Assembly (NCBI GenBank): GCA_030654195.1
Contig: JAURXV010000053.1
Coordinates: 16,958-80,957, forward strand
Source: Syntrophales bacterium
GTDB taxonomy: Bacteria; Desulfobacterota; Syntrophia; Syntrophales; UBA5619
Length of the DNA stretch: 64,000 bases
Direction: 5' to 3'
The notes beneath the pieces are model-generated. The model was not told the DNA's origin. It saw only the letters and a list, made by a program, of their open reading frames with translations, and did not search any database. Position numbers and translations under genes: made by a program. Position 1 is the first letter of the stretch. Every line of letters starts with the position of its first letter. Below are positions 15,927 through 24,185 of the stretch, one piece after another.

Positions 15927-17242
15927 GCATTGAATGGATCAGTATTCTGATTGTCGTCGGTATGCTGTCAATGATGGTCCTGGGGTTGCCCCTGGCCTGG
16001 TCGATCGGATCGGTGGCGGTGGTGCTGACCCTGACCAAGTTCGACTTGAACGTCATGGTCATGCTGGTTTCTCGGGTTTTCGACATGAGCATGAATTACA
16101 CCCTCATGTCCGTGCCCCTCTTCGTGCTGATGGCCGGCATCCTCCAGCGCTCCGGCGTGGCGGAACATCTCTTCCGCGCCGTTCATATCTGGACGGGGAG
16201 GCTCCGGGGAGGGCTGGCCGTGGGCACGATCATCGCCAACGCCATCATGGCCACGATGGTCGGCGTCATCGGGGCGGAGATCGTCACCTTCGGACTGCTT
16301 GCCCTGCCGGAGATGCTGAAAAAGAAATATAATTACAAACTGGCCTTGGGCAGCGTGGCCGCGGGGGGCGGTCTCGCCACCCTGATCCCGCCCAGCGTGG
16401 TCTTCATCGTCTATGGAATGACTGCGGGATGTTCGGTCGGCGAGCTCTTCCTGGCGGGCATCCTTCCGGGCATCGGACTGGGGCTCATCTTCATCCTCTA
16501 CGTCATCGTCCACTGCTGGCGGCACCCGGAATCGGCGCCGGTGACGGCGGCGGATGAAGAGACGCTGACCCTCCGCGAGAAGCTGGCGACGCTCCGGGGG
16601 CTGGTACTCCCGGTCCTCATCGCCGGCGGCGTCCTGGGTTCCATCTACGCCGGAATCGCGACGCCCTCCGAGGCGGCCGGCGTCGGCGTGATTTTCGCCA
16701 TCATCGCCGCCGTGATCAACCGCCGCTTCAGTATCTCGATAATGCGGGAAAGCCTCTTTGAAACCCTCAAAATCAGCAGCATGCTGGCCTGGCTTTTTTT
16801 CGGGGCGCAGACCATCATCGGCGCCTATACGCTGTCCGGGGGCACCACCTTCGTCACCAACGCCCTCAAGGCGATGGACCTCGGACCTTGGGGCACAATC
16901 ATCTTCATGCAGCTCATCTGGGTCTTTCTGGGCTGTTTTCTCGACTGGATCGGCATCCTCTTCCTGACGCTTCCCATTTTTCTCCCGATCGTCCTGGACA
17001 TGGGGTTTGACAACGTCTGGTTCGGCGTGGTGTTCTGCATGAACATGCACATTGCCTATCTGTCGCCCCCCTTCGCCCCTTCGGCCTTCTACCTGAAGAG
17101 CATCGCACCGCTGGAGATCACGATGGGGCAGATCTACATGGCGATAATGCCCTATCTCTGGCTCACCATTTTGGCCACGGTCATCGTCACCGCCTGGCCC
17201 GGCCTGTCGCTTTGGTTGCCCAGACTGATGATGAGAGGATAA
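15923..17242 (+). CDS. TRAP transporter large permease (DctM family), system 1
   Basis: 439 aa, highly hydrophobic. Homologous to 25860-27182 (shared ...YLSPPFAPSAFYLKSIAP / YLTPPMAPGIFYLKGIAP). Confidence 0.9.
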   Translation: MSIEWISILIVVGMLSMMVLGLPLAWSIGSVAVVLTLTKFDLNVMVMLVSRVFDMSMNYTLMSVPLFVLMAGILQRSGVAEHLFRAVHIWTGRLRGGLAVGTIIANAIMATMVGVIGAEIVTFGLLALPEMLKKKYNYKLALGSVAAGGGLATLIPPSVVFIVYGMTAGCSVGELFLAGILPGIGLGLIFILYVIVHCWRHPESAPVTAADEETLTLREKLATLRGLVLPVLIAGGVLGSIYAGIATPSEAAGVGVIFAIIAAVINRRFSISIMRESLFETLKISSMLAWLFFGAQTIIGAYTLSGGTTFVTNALKAMDLGPWGTIIFMQLIWVFLGCFLDWIGILFLTLPIFLPIVLDMGFDNVWFGVVFCMNMHIAYLSPPFAPSAFYLKSIAPLEITMGQIYMAIMPYLWLTILATVIVTAWPGLSLWLPRLMMRG

Positions 17243-17253
17243 GGGGAGTTCAG

Positions 17254-18012
17254 ATGGATTTTATAGGAATCAAAAAAATGTCCGTTGCCGATGAGGTGTT
17301 CAAAATCATCCATGACCGGATCCTCAACGGCGAACTGGCGCCCGGCGATATCCTGCCGCCCCAGGACCAACTGGCCCGGCAGTTTTCGGTTAGTCGCAAT
17401 ACGCTGCGGGAGGCGATCCACAAGCTGGCGGCCATGGGTCTGTTGAAGACCAAAGCCGGCGTCGGCACGATCGTGGAGATGGGCAGCCCGGCCAGTTACG
17501 TCTCCTCCCTGAAGGACCATCTGCTGATCACCTCCGCCACGGCCGGCGAGTTCTTCGAGGCCCGGTTTTTCATCGAGATGGCCACGGTTCAGCTTGCGGT
17601 CATGCGGGCAAGTCAGGCCGACCTGGATGCCCTCTCGGCCGCGATCGACCGGCAGGAGAATGCCTTCCGGGAGGGTGACCTGGAGACCTTCAGCACTGAG
17701 GACACCTGTTTTCACGCGGAGCTGGCCAACATCAGCGGCAACATGGTTCTGGCCAAAATTCTGGCGACACTCCGGGACCTCCTGTATCAGTTCATCGCCG
17801 AGGTCGCCGTGTTTCCCGGCGCCGTCGACAGGGCCATCCGGTTCCACCGGCAGATCGTCGCGGCCATCACCACCCGCAACATCGGGGCCGCCAAGATGAA
17901 GATGCTCGAACACCTTGACGATGTGGCGCAGGCGATCCGGAAGACAACAGGGAAAGACCTGGGGTTGCAGCCCCTCTTTGACATGGAAAAGCGACCCCTA
18001 AAAGGAAGGTGA
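17254..18012 (+). CDS. GntR-family transcriptional regulator with FCD (FadR C-terminal) domain
   Basis: ATG 17254 after AAGGGGAG. The winged helix reads LPPQDQLARQFSVSRNTLREAIHKLAAMGLLKTKAGVGT, followed by a helical FCD-like C-terminal domain. Confidence 0.85.
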   Translation: MDFIGIKKMSVADEVFKIIHDRILNGELAPGDILPPQDQLARQFSVSRNTLREAIHKLAAMGLLKTKAGVGTIVEMGSPASYVSSLKDHLLITSATAGEFFEARFFIEMATVQLAVMRASQADLDALSAAIDRQENAFREGDLETFSTEDTCFHAELANISGNMVLAKILATLRDLLYQFIAEVAVFPGAVDRAIRFHRQIVAAITTRNIGAAKMKMLEHLDDVAQAIRKTTGKDLGLQPLFDMEKRPLKGR

Positions 18013-18015
18013 ACG

Positions 18016-19026
18016 ATGAAAGCGACACCATACAATCTCTTCATGTCGGCCCTCTACGGCGGCCGGAAAGGGATCCGCCCTCCAGCGGGGAATCCCACGT
18101 CGATCGCCTGCGTGGAATTGATGAAGGCCTGCGGGGCCTTTTTCCCGGAGGCCCATCTGAACCCCCGCGCGATGGCCGACCTGGCCCTGGCCGGCCATGA
18201 GCTGGCGGGTTTTGACACGGTCATGCCGGAATACAGTGTTCATCAGGAATCGGCCGCGCTGGGCTGCGAGATGGACTGGGGAAACGAAACGCGGATGCCC
18301 GATGCCAAGACGGCGCCGCACGCGGATTTTTCGGATGTGATTGTCCCGGAAAACATCCTCGAAAAACCTTCCTTTCGGGTCGTTCTCGACGCCCTGTCCA
18401 TGCTACGCCGGGAGGTCGGGGGGCAGGCGGCGATCATCGGCAAGGTCATGGGTCCCTGGACGCTCTCCTACCATATGGCGGGCACGCAGAATTTTCTGCT
18501 GCAACTCGGTCTCGGCGAGAAGGATAAAATCAACCGCATGCTGAGACAGCTCATGCCGGTCACCATCGCCTTCGCCAACGCACAGTTCAGGGCCGGCGCC
18601 GATGCGGTGGTCCTGGCCGACCACGCCACCGGAAACCTGGTCGGACCTTACCATTACCGGGACTATCTGCTTCCCATCCATCAGGAGATCACCGCACGGG
18701 TGGGTGGGCCCATGATCCTCCACATTTGCGGCAACTGCCTCGACCGTCTGGAGTTCTTCGCCGAATCCGGCGTCGACGCCTACCACTTCGAATGGCAGGT
18801 GGACGCCAGGACGGCGGTCGAGAAAATCGGCAAACGGATTTCTCTGATCGGCAATCTGAACAACGCCAAGACCCTGTATCAGGGCACGCCGGAGGACGTC
18901 TACAAGCAGGCCCGTTATTCAATTGAGGCAGGCGTCGATATCATCGGGCCGGAGTGCGCCGTTCCCCTCACGACGCCCCTGGCCAATCTCCGGGCCATCC
19001 CGGCCGCAGTGCGGGAAGGTTACTGA
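18016..19026 (+). CDS. URO-D/MtaA-family methyltransferase (stand-alone, zinc-motif type)
   Basis: 336 aa. MtaA/MtbA-like sequence with the H-x-C-x(n)-C zinc pattern (MILHICGNC ... GPECAVP). It sits immediately upstream of a corrinoid protein. Confidence 0.8.
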   Translation: MKATPYNLFMSALYGGRKGIRPPAGNPTSIACVELMKACGAFFPEAHLNPRAMADLALAGHELAGFDTVMPEYSVHQESAALGCEMDWGNETRMPDAKTAPHADFSDVIVPENILEKPSFRVVLDALSMLRREVGGQAAIIGKVMGPWTLSYHMAGTQNFLLQLGLGEKDKINRMLRQLMPVTIAFANAQFRAGADAVVLADHATGNLVGPYHYRDYLLPIHQEITARVGGPMILHICGNCLDRLEFFAESGVDAYHFEWQVDARTAVEKIGKRISLIGNLNNAKTLYQGTPEDVYKQARYSIEAGVDIIGPECAVPLTTPLANLRAIPAAVREGY

Positions 19027-19048
19027 TCCGGATCAAGGAGAAGGAAGA

Positions 19049-19687
19049 ATGAATGAATCCATCCAAAAGATCAAAGAAGGCGTCATTGAGGGCCGTCACA
19101 AGGAAATCGAATCCCTGGTCCGCGAGATCTGTAAAACGGGGATATCCCCGGACAAGGTGATTCAAGAGGGATTGATTGCCGCTATGAATGTGGTCGGTCA
19201 GAAATTCAGCGACGGGGAGATCTTTGTCCCCGAAATGATGGTTTCCGCCATGACGATGAAACTCGGCCTCAACATCGTCAAACCCCTCATGACCGGCAAG
19301 GCCGGCGCACCCAAAGGAACCGTTCTGATGGGAACTGTCAAAGGCGATCTTCACGACATCGGCAAGAATATCGTGGTCATGATGCTGGAAGGGGCCGGTT
19401 TCCAGGTGATCGACCTGGGCGTCGATATCGATGTGGAGAAAGTCGTGGCAGCGGTGGCCGAAGTCCGCCCCCAGGTGCTGGGCCTTTCAGCGCTGCTTAC
19501 CACCACCATGCCGGAGATGAAACGCGTTATCGAAGAACTCCGGGCGCGCGGTCTGCGGGACCGGGTCAAGGTTATGGTGGGGGGCGCCCCCGTGGACGCC
19601 GCCTTCGCCGAAAAGATCGGCGCCGACGGCTACGGAAGTGATGCGGTGCAAGCCGTGGCTCTGGTCCGCAGCTTCGTCGGTCATTAA
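19049..19687 (+). CDS. Corrinoid (cobalamin-binding) protein
   Basis: The ORF track starts at 18923. ATG 19049 after AAGGAGAAGGAAG gives a 212-aa protein with a B12 cap helical bundle plus Rossmann domain. Motifs: DxHxxG (GDLHDIGKN), SALLTTT and VMVGGAP. Confidence 0.9.
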   Translation: MNESIQKIKEGVIEGRHKEIESLVREICKTGISPDKVIQEGLIAAMNVVGQKFSDGEIFVPEMMVSAMTMKLGLNIVKPLMTGKAGAPKGTVLMGTVKGDLHDIGKNIVVMMLEGAGFQVIDLGVDIDVEKVVAAVAEVRPQVLGLSALLTTTMPEMKRVIEELRARGLRDRVKVMVGGAPVDAAFAEKIGADGYGSDAVQAVALVRSFVGH

Positions 19688-19706
19688 TCCGACATCAGGA
19701 GATACA

Positions 19707-21008
19707 ATGGATTATCCCCGTTTTGGCCTGATCCGGCAGATTTTTCCCGACGACCCGGCCCCCTCACCCAGGCAGGCCGTGCTTGCCGAACTGGAGAGGA
19801 GCGGGCTGCTTGACCCTGTCCGCGTCGGACAGTCCGTCCTGATCACGGCCGGGAGCCGCGGCATTTCGTCAATGCCTGAGATCCTCGCAACCTTGGTGGG
19901 CGCCATCATCGCCCGCAAGGCCCTGCCAATCCTGCTGCCGGCCATGGGCAGCCACGGCGGGGGCACCGCCCAGGGACAGGTGCATGCGCTGACCTCGATG
20001 GGATTGACCGAGGAAACGACCGGCGCAAGGATCCACGATTCGCTGGACATGGTCCGGATCGGCGAGGTCGGGGAAGGCGTGCCGGTCCTCGTGGAGCGCG
20101 CCGCCGCCGAAGCGGACCACGTCATCATCGTCAACCGCGTCAAGGAACACTCGGAATACATCGGCCCCACCGAATCCGGCCTCCTGAAGATGGCCGTCGT
20201 GGGCTTGGGAAGAGCGGCGGGCGCCCGGATCATGCACCAACTGGCCGTCAACATCTCTTATGCCGAGGCGATCGCGTCCATCGCCCGGGTCATCCTGGAC
20301 CGCCTCCCCATCCTGGGAGGAATCGCGATCCTGGAGGATCACCGGAATCGCCTGCGGCGTCTGGAATGCGTTCCGGCGGGAAATATTTTCCAACGCGAGC
20401 CGGAACTTCTCGAAGAATCGAAGATCTACAAGCCAAAACTCCCTTTTGATCGGTTGGATGTTTTGCTGGTGGATAAGATCGGCAAGGACATCTCCGGATC
20501 CGGGATGGACACGAAGGTCATCGGCCGGATCATGAACATTTACGAACAGGAATGCACGTCGCCTTTCATCACGAGGATCGTTGTCCGGGATCTCTCCAGC
20601 GAATCGGATGGCAACGCCACGGGCATCGGCCTCGCCGATTTTATCACTCGCCGCGCGTTGAGCAAGGTCGATTCGGACGCCACGGCCCTGAATTGCATCA
20701 CGGCCGTAGCGCCGGAAAAGGGGCGCCTGCCGATCGCGCTTCCCAGCGATCGGGAAGCTCTCGATGCGGCCTTCGCCAATATCGGCCTCTGGACGCCGGA
20801 TAAGGTCCGTGCGGCATGGATTGCCAATACCCGCGATCTGGGGTGGCTTGCCGTCTCCAGCGCTCTCTATGAAGAATCACGACATCTCCAGGGGCTGGCG
20901 ATCCACGGCGGCCTCTTCACCCTCCCTTTCCGTCCGACGGGAGAACTGCCGTATCTGGCCGATCTCATCCCGTCCGACCATCGCGATTCCAAGGAGCAAC
21001 AATCATAA
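19707..21008 (+). CDS. LarA-N-like (DUF2088 / lactate-racemase-domain) protein, function unknown
   Basis: ATG 19707 after AGGAG, 433 aa. ITAGSRGI...PAMGSHGGGTAQGQ...IIVNRVKEHSEY.GPTESGLLKM matches my recollection of the DUF2088/LarA N-terminal family. This assignment is from memory only. Confidence 0.5.
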   Translation: MDYPRFGLIRQIFPDDPAPSPRQAVLAELERSGLLDPVRVGQSVLITAGSRGISSMPEILATLVGAIIARKALPILLPAMGSHGGGTAQGQVHALTSMGLTEETTGARIHDSLDMVRIGEVGEGVPVLVERAAAEADHVIIVNRVKEHSEYIGPTESGLLKMAVVGLGRAAGARIMHQLAVNISYAEAIASIARVILDRLPILGGIAILEDHRNRLRRLECVPAGNIFQREPELLEESKIYKPKLPFDRLDVLLVDKIGKDISGSGMDTKVIGRIMNIYEQECTSPFITRIVVRDLSSESDGNATGIGLADFITRRALSKVDSDATALNCITAVAPEKGRLPIALPSDREALDAAFANIGLWTPDKVRAAWIANTRDLGWLAVSSALYEESRHLQGLAIHGGLFTLPFRPTGELPYLADLIPSDHRDSKEQQS

Positions 21009-21349
21009 TGTCCGACAAGGAGCGTATGTTGAAGGCTGCCCGGGGAGAATGGGCTGACCGGCTCCCCTGGGTTCCCCGGATCGATCGCTGGTACAACGCC
21101 AACAGCCTCCAGGGAACCCTGCCTGCAAAATATGGGAAAGGGGCGACGCTGGACGAGATTGCCGATGATATCGGATGGGGCTACCACAAGATCGTTCCCG
21201 AATTTCTCAACATCCGCTCCCCCGAAGACAACATCGACCGGGGGCTCGGCGTCTACCGCCTCCGGGGAATGGTGTACCGGCCGGAACTTGTCGGCGTGGG
21301 CCGGGAAGTCCGGAAGGAGGGGGACCGCTCGTCCTTTCACATCTCTTGA
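21008..21349 (+). pseudogene. Truncated N-terminal fragment of a URO-D-type methyltransferase (paralog of 27196-29133)
   Basis: The 113-aa product MSDKERMLKAARGEWADRLPWVPRIDRWYNANSLQGTLPAKYGKGATLDEIADDIGWGYHKIVPEFL... aligns with residues 1-~105 of the 645-aa fusion (MMTKKERILMAMRGETPDMLPYTPRFDLWYNSNSYRGTLPKRHQGRSHDEIARAEGWALHKVIPELL...). It then ends at TGA, and no homologous continuation exists in any frame. Confidence 0.5.
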
Positions 21350-21459
21350 TTCAGCCATGTTAACGTGAGGTTTCGACGACAGGGTCAGTCTAAAAAGAGG
21401 AAGGGATCACACTGCCAAAAGCTGGGAATCCCGGAGGTCAAAAAGAGAGGGGAAAACAT

Positions 21460-22254
21460 ATGCTGATTATCGCCGAGAGGATCAATGCGTCGCGAAAGAC
21501 GATCGCCCAGGCCATCTCCGCCGCCGATCGGACCTTCATCCAGGGCGAGGCGAAGGCGCAGACCCTGGCGGGGGCGCATTACATCGATGTGAATGCCGGC
21601 ACCTTTATCGGGGAGGAGGCCGAAAAACTCAAATGGATCGTGGAAGCGGTGCAGGAGGTGACGGATCTTCCACTCTCCATCGACAGCCCGGACCCTGAGG
21701 TGATCCGGGCGATGCTGCCGCTGATGAAAAAGGCGCCGGTCATCAACTCCATCACGCTGGAACCCTCCCGGATCGAAGGTATCCTGCCGCTCGTGACGGA
21801 GTATAGAACCAAGGTGATCGCACTGTGTCAGGCGGAGCACGAGATGGCCGAAACCGCGGACGATAAGGTGAGGATTGCGGGCCGGCTTATCGAGACGCTG
21901 ACCGCCGCCGGCGTTCCGCTGGACGACATCTACATCGATCCGCTGGTCTATCCGCTTTCGACCAACCCGCAATCGGCCGGCGCCACGCTCGAGGCCATCG
22001 GCGGGATCATGAAAAGATTCCCGGGAGTCCATACGGTCTGCGGCCTGACGAATGTCTCCTATGGTCTTCCCGCGAGAAAACTGATCAACCGGGCGTTTCT
22101 CGCGGCGGCGATCACCATGGGGCTGGATTCGGCTATCATCGATCCGACGGACAAGCACCTCTATGCGATGCTCAAGGCCGTTACCCTGGTCGTCGGCAAG
22201 GACGACTTCTGCATGGATTACATCTGCGCCTTCCGGGAAGGGCGTGTCGAATAA
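21460..22254 (+). CDS. Pterin-binding methyltransferase (methyl-corrinoid:THF MT2), copy 2
   Basis: 264 aa, colinear paralog of 12256-13050 with the same motif set. Nucleotide homology begins exactly at the ATG. Confidence 0.85.
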   Translation: MLIIAERINASRKTIAQAISAADRTFIQGEAKAQTLAGAHYIDVNAGTFIGEEAEKLKWIVEAVQEVTDLPLSIDSPDPEVIRAMLPLMKKAPVINSITLEPSRIEGILPLVTEYRTKVIALCQAEHEMAETADDKVRIAGRLIETLTAAGVPLDDIYIDPLVYPLSTNPQSAGATLEAIGGIMKRFPGVHTVCGLTNVSYGLPARKLINRAFLAAAITMGLDSAIIDPTDKHLYAMLKAVTLVVGKDDFCMDYICAFREGRVE

Positions 22255-22322
22255 CGGGAGATTATTTTGAAATAATTGATTAACCGCATAGGTTATCAAG
22301 AGAAAGGAGCTGAAGAAAAGAG

Positions 22323-24098
22323 ATGAATCGAGAGCTGAAGCCGGATTTTGAAAGGTATCTGAAGGCCCTCCACTGCGAGGAACCGGACCGGGTTCCCCAG
22401 GGGGACTGGCATGTAGACCAGCGGCCCAAGGAGTCCTTCATGGGGAAGCCCATTAAAACCCTGCAGGACCATGTCGATTTTTGGTATACCGCCGGTTACG
22501 ACTACGTGACCGCTTCCTCAGGCATTCTTGAACCGGTTCGGGCGCCCGAGGGGATGATGACGAAAGGCGAGGGCGTGCATACGGAATACGGGGACAAGGT
22601 GTCCCGCGAATGGGCCAACACGCACGAGGGAGTTCTGACGAACTGGGAGAAGTTCGAAAAGTACCGGTGGCCAGCGATCGATGATTTTGATCTCTCCAAA
22701 TGGGACGCCTTCGACAGGATCCTTCCCAAGGGGATGAAGGCGATCCTGCTTTTGGGGAAGATCTACACCACGGCGTGGATGTACATGGGGGCGGAGACCT
22801 TTTTCAACGCGCTGGAGGAGGACGAGGAACTCGTGGCAGCGATCATCAACAAGATCGGCGAAATCCAGTACCAGACCTTCCTGCGGGTCACCGAGCACCC
22901 TTGCGTGGGGGCAGTGATCAATCCGGACGATATCGCCTTCAATACGGGGCTTCTGGTCAACCCGAAGTATCTGAGGAAATACATCTTCCCCTGGTACAAG
23001 AAAATGGGTAAGATCTGCCGGGAGAAGGGAATCGGTTTCATCTTCCACAGCGACGGCGACTGTACCGAAGTGATGGAAGACTTGATCGACTGCGGCTTCC
23101 ACGCCTTCCACCCCATCCAGCCCAACGCGATGAACATCGTCGAGGTGAAGAAAAAGTGGGGGAAGACGCTCTGCCTCATCGGGAACATAAATCTCGACTC
23201 CACATTGACCCTGGGGACGCCCGAGGATGTCCGGGCGGAGGTGTACGAGAGGATCCGGACGATCGCCCCGGGCGGCGGCTATATGGTCTCCTCGTCGAAC
23301 TCGATCACCGATTACGTTCCGGCCGAGAACATGAAGGCCCTGCTGGATGCGACCTATGAATTTGGTCAATATCCGATCCGGCTCGAGGAGGGAGGCGTCC
23401 AGGGAAAGTTCTGGACCTCCCAGACGAAGGTCCGCAAGACCGAGACGACGAAGATGGAAACGGGTCTCGACGTGGAGACATACGCGGAGACCCTGATTGC
23501 AAACGATATCCCGAAGGCGATTTCCATGATGCAGAAGGATATCGACGGTGGAACAGCTCCACAGGAGGTCGTTTCCCGGGGGTTGATCCCGGCGATCACG
23601 ATTGTGGGAGAGAAATTCCAGAATGGTCAGATCTACATTCCGGAGATGATGATTGCGGCGCGTGCGATGTCGACGACGCTGGACCATTTTAAGGAAAAGC
23701 TGGCCGGCAAGGGTGCGACAAAAAAGCTGGGAACGGTCGTGATTGGGACGGTTCAAGGGGATCTCCATGACATCGGAAAGAACCTGGTGACGATGATCCT
23801 GAAGGGTCAGGGCTTCCAGGTGGAGGACCTCGGCGTCTCCGTGAGCACGGCGAAGTTCGTCCAGGCGGTCAATGATAAGAAACCGGAAATCCTGGCGATG
23901 AGCGCCCTTTTGACAACGACGATGACCGAGATGAAGAACACGATTGAGGGCCTTAAGGTGGCCGGTCTTAGGCAGCAGGTGAAGGTGATCGTGGGTGGAG
24001 CGCCGGTGACGCCGGCGTTTGCAGAGCAGATCGGGGCGGACGGCACCGCATATGATGCCCCGGGCGCGGCCAAGCTCTGCAAGGAACTGCTGCGATAG
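22323..24098 (+). CDS. Fusion protein: URO-D-family methyltransferase domain + corrinoid-binding domain (CmuA-like architecture), fusion 1
   Basis: 591 aa. The N-terminal ~350 aa is URO-D-like (EPDRVP..., FIFHSDGDC, GGGYMVSSSNSI). The C-terminal ~210 aa is a B12 cap plus Rossmann domain with GDLHDIGKN, SALLTTT and VIVGGAP. Confidence 0.8.
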   Translation: MNRELKPDFERYLKALHCEEPDRVPQGDWHVDQRPKESFMGKPIKTLQDHVDFWYTAGYDYVTASSGILEPVRAPEGMMTKGEGVHTEYGDKVSREWANTHEGVLTNWEKFEKYRWPAIDDFDLSKWDAFDRILPKGMKAILLLGKIYTTAWMYMGAETFFNALEEDEELVAAIINKIGEIQYQTFLRVTEHPCVGAVINPDDIAFNTGLLVNPKYLRKYIFPWYKKMGKICREKGIGFIFHSDGDCTEVMEDLIDCGFHAFHPIQPNAMNIVEVKKKWGKTLCLIGNINLDSTLTLGTPEDVRAEVYERIRTIAPGGGYMVSSSNSITDYVPAENMKALLDATYEFGQYPIRLEEGGVQGKFWTSQTKVRKTETTKMETGLDVETYAETLIANDIPKAISMMQKDIDGGTAPQEVVSRGLIPAITIVGEKFQNGQIYIPEMMIAARAMSTTLDHFKEKLAGKGATKKLGTVVIGTVQGDLHDIGKNLVTMILKGQGFQVEDLGVSVSTAKFVQAVNDKKPEILAMSALLTTTMTEMKNTIEGLKVAGLRQQVKVIVGGAPVTPAFAEQIGADGTAYDAPGAAKLCKELLR

Positions 24099-24185
24099 GT
24101 ACGGGGATCTGTTTCACCGGTCCAAAGCAGCATGGGGCTGCAAAGGCGGGGAAGCACAAGCTTTTTAAATCAGGAGGGAAAAATC

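Noticed and set aside
15968-17050. 360-aa minus-strand ORF
   Set aside because: It is antisense to dctM#1. The Asp/Arg/His/Gly-rich translation is implausible as a protein.
18016-19026. Annotating the URO-D-family genes as uroporphyrinogen decarboxylase (hemE)
   Set aside because: The context (corrinoid protein, pterin-binding MT2, RACE), the MtaA-type zinc motif, and the fusion to B12-binding domains in the paralogs all point to corrinoid methyltransferases. No other heme-pathway genes are nearby.
21347-21349. Possible selenocysteine (TGA) read-through of the truncated methyltransferase fragment; also a check for in-frame TAG (pyrrolysine) in the methyltransferases
   Set aside because: Read-through gives UFSHVNVRFRRQGQSKKRKG..., with no homology to the paralog and a stop after ~36 codons. 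No SECIS-like hairpin is evident. No MttB/MtbB/MtmB-type gene or in-frame amber codon was found in the island.
22518-23768. 416-aa minus-strand ORF (likewise 26974-28116 and 28234-29283)
   Set aside because: These are antisense to fusion 1, dctM#2 and fusion 2. They are shadow ORFs without motifs.
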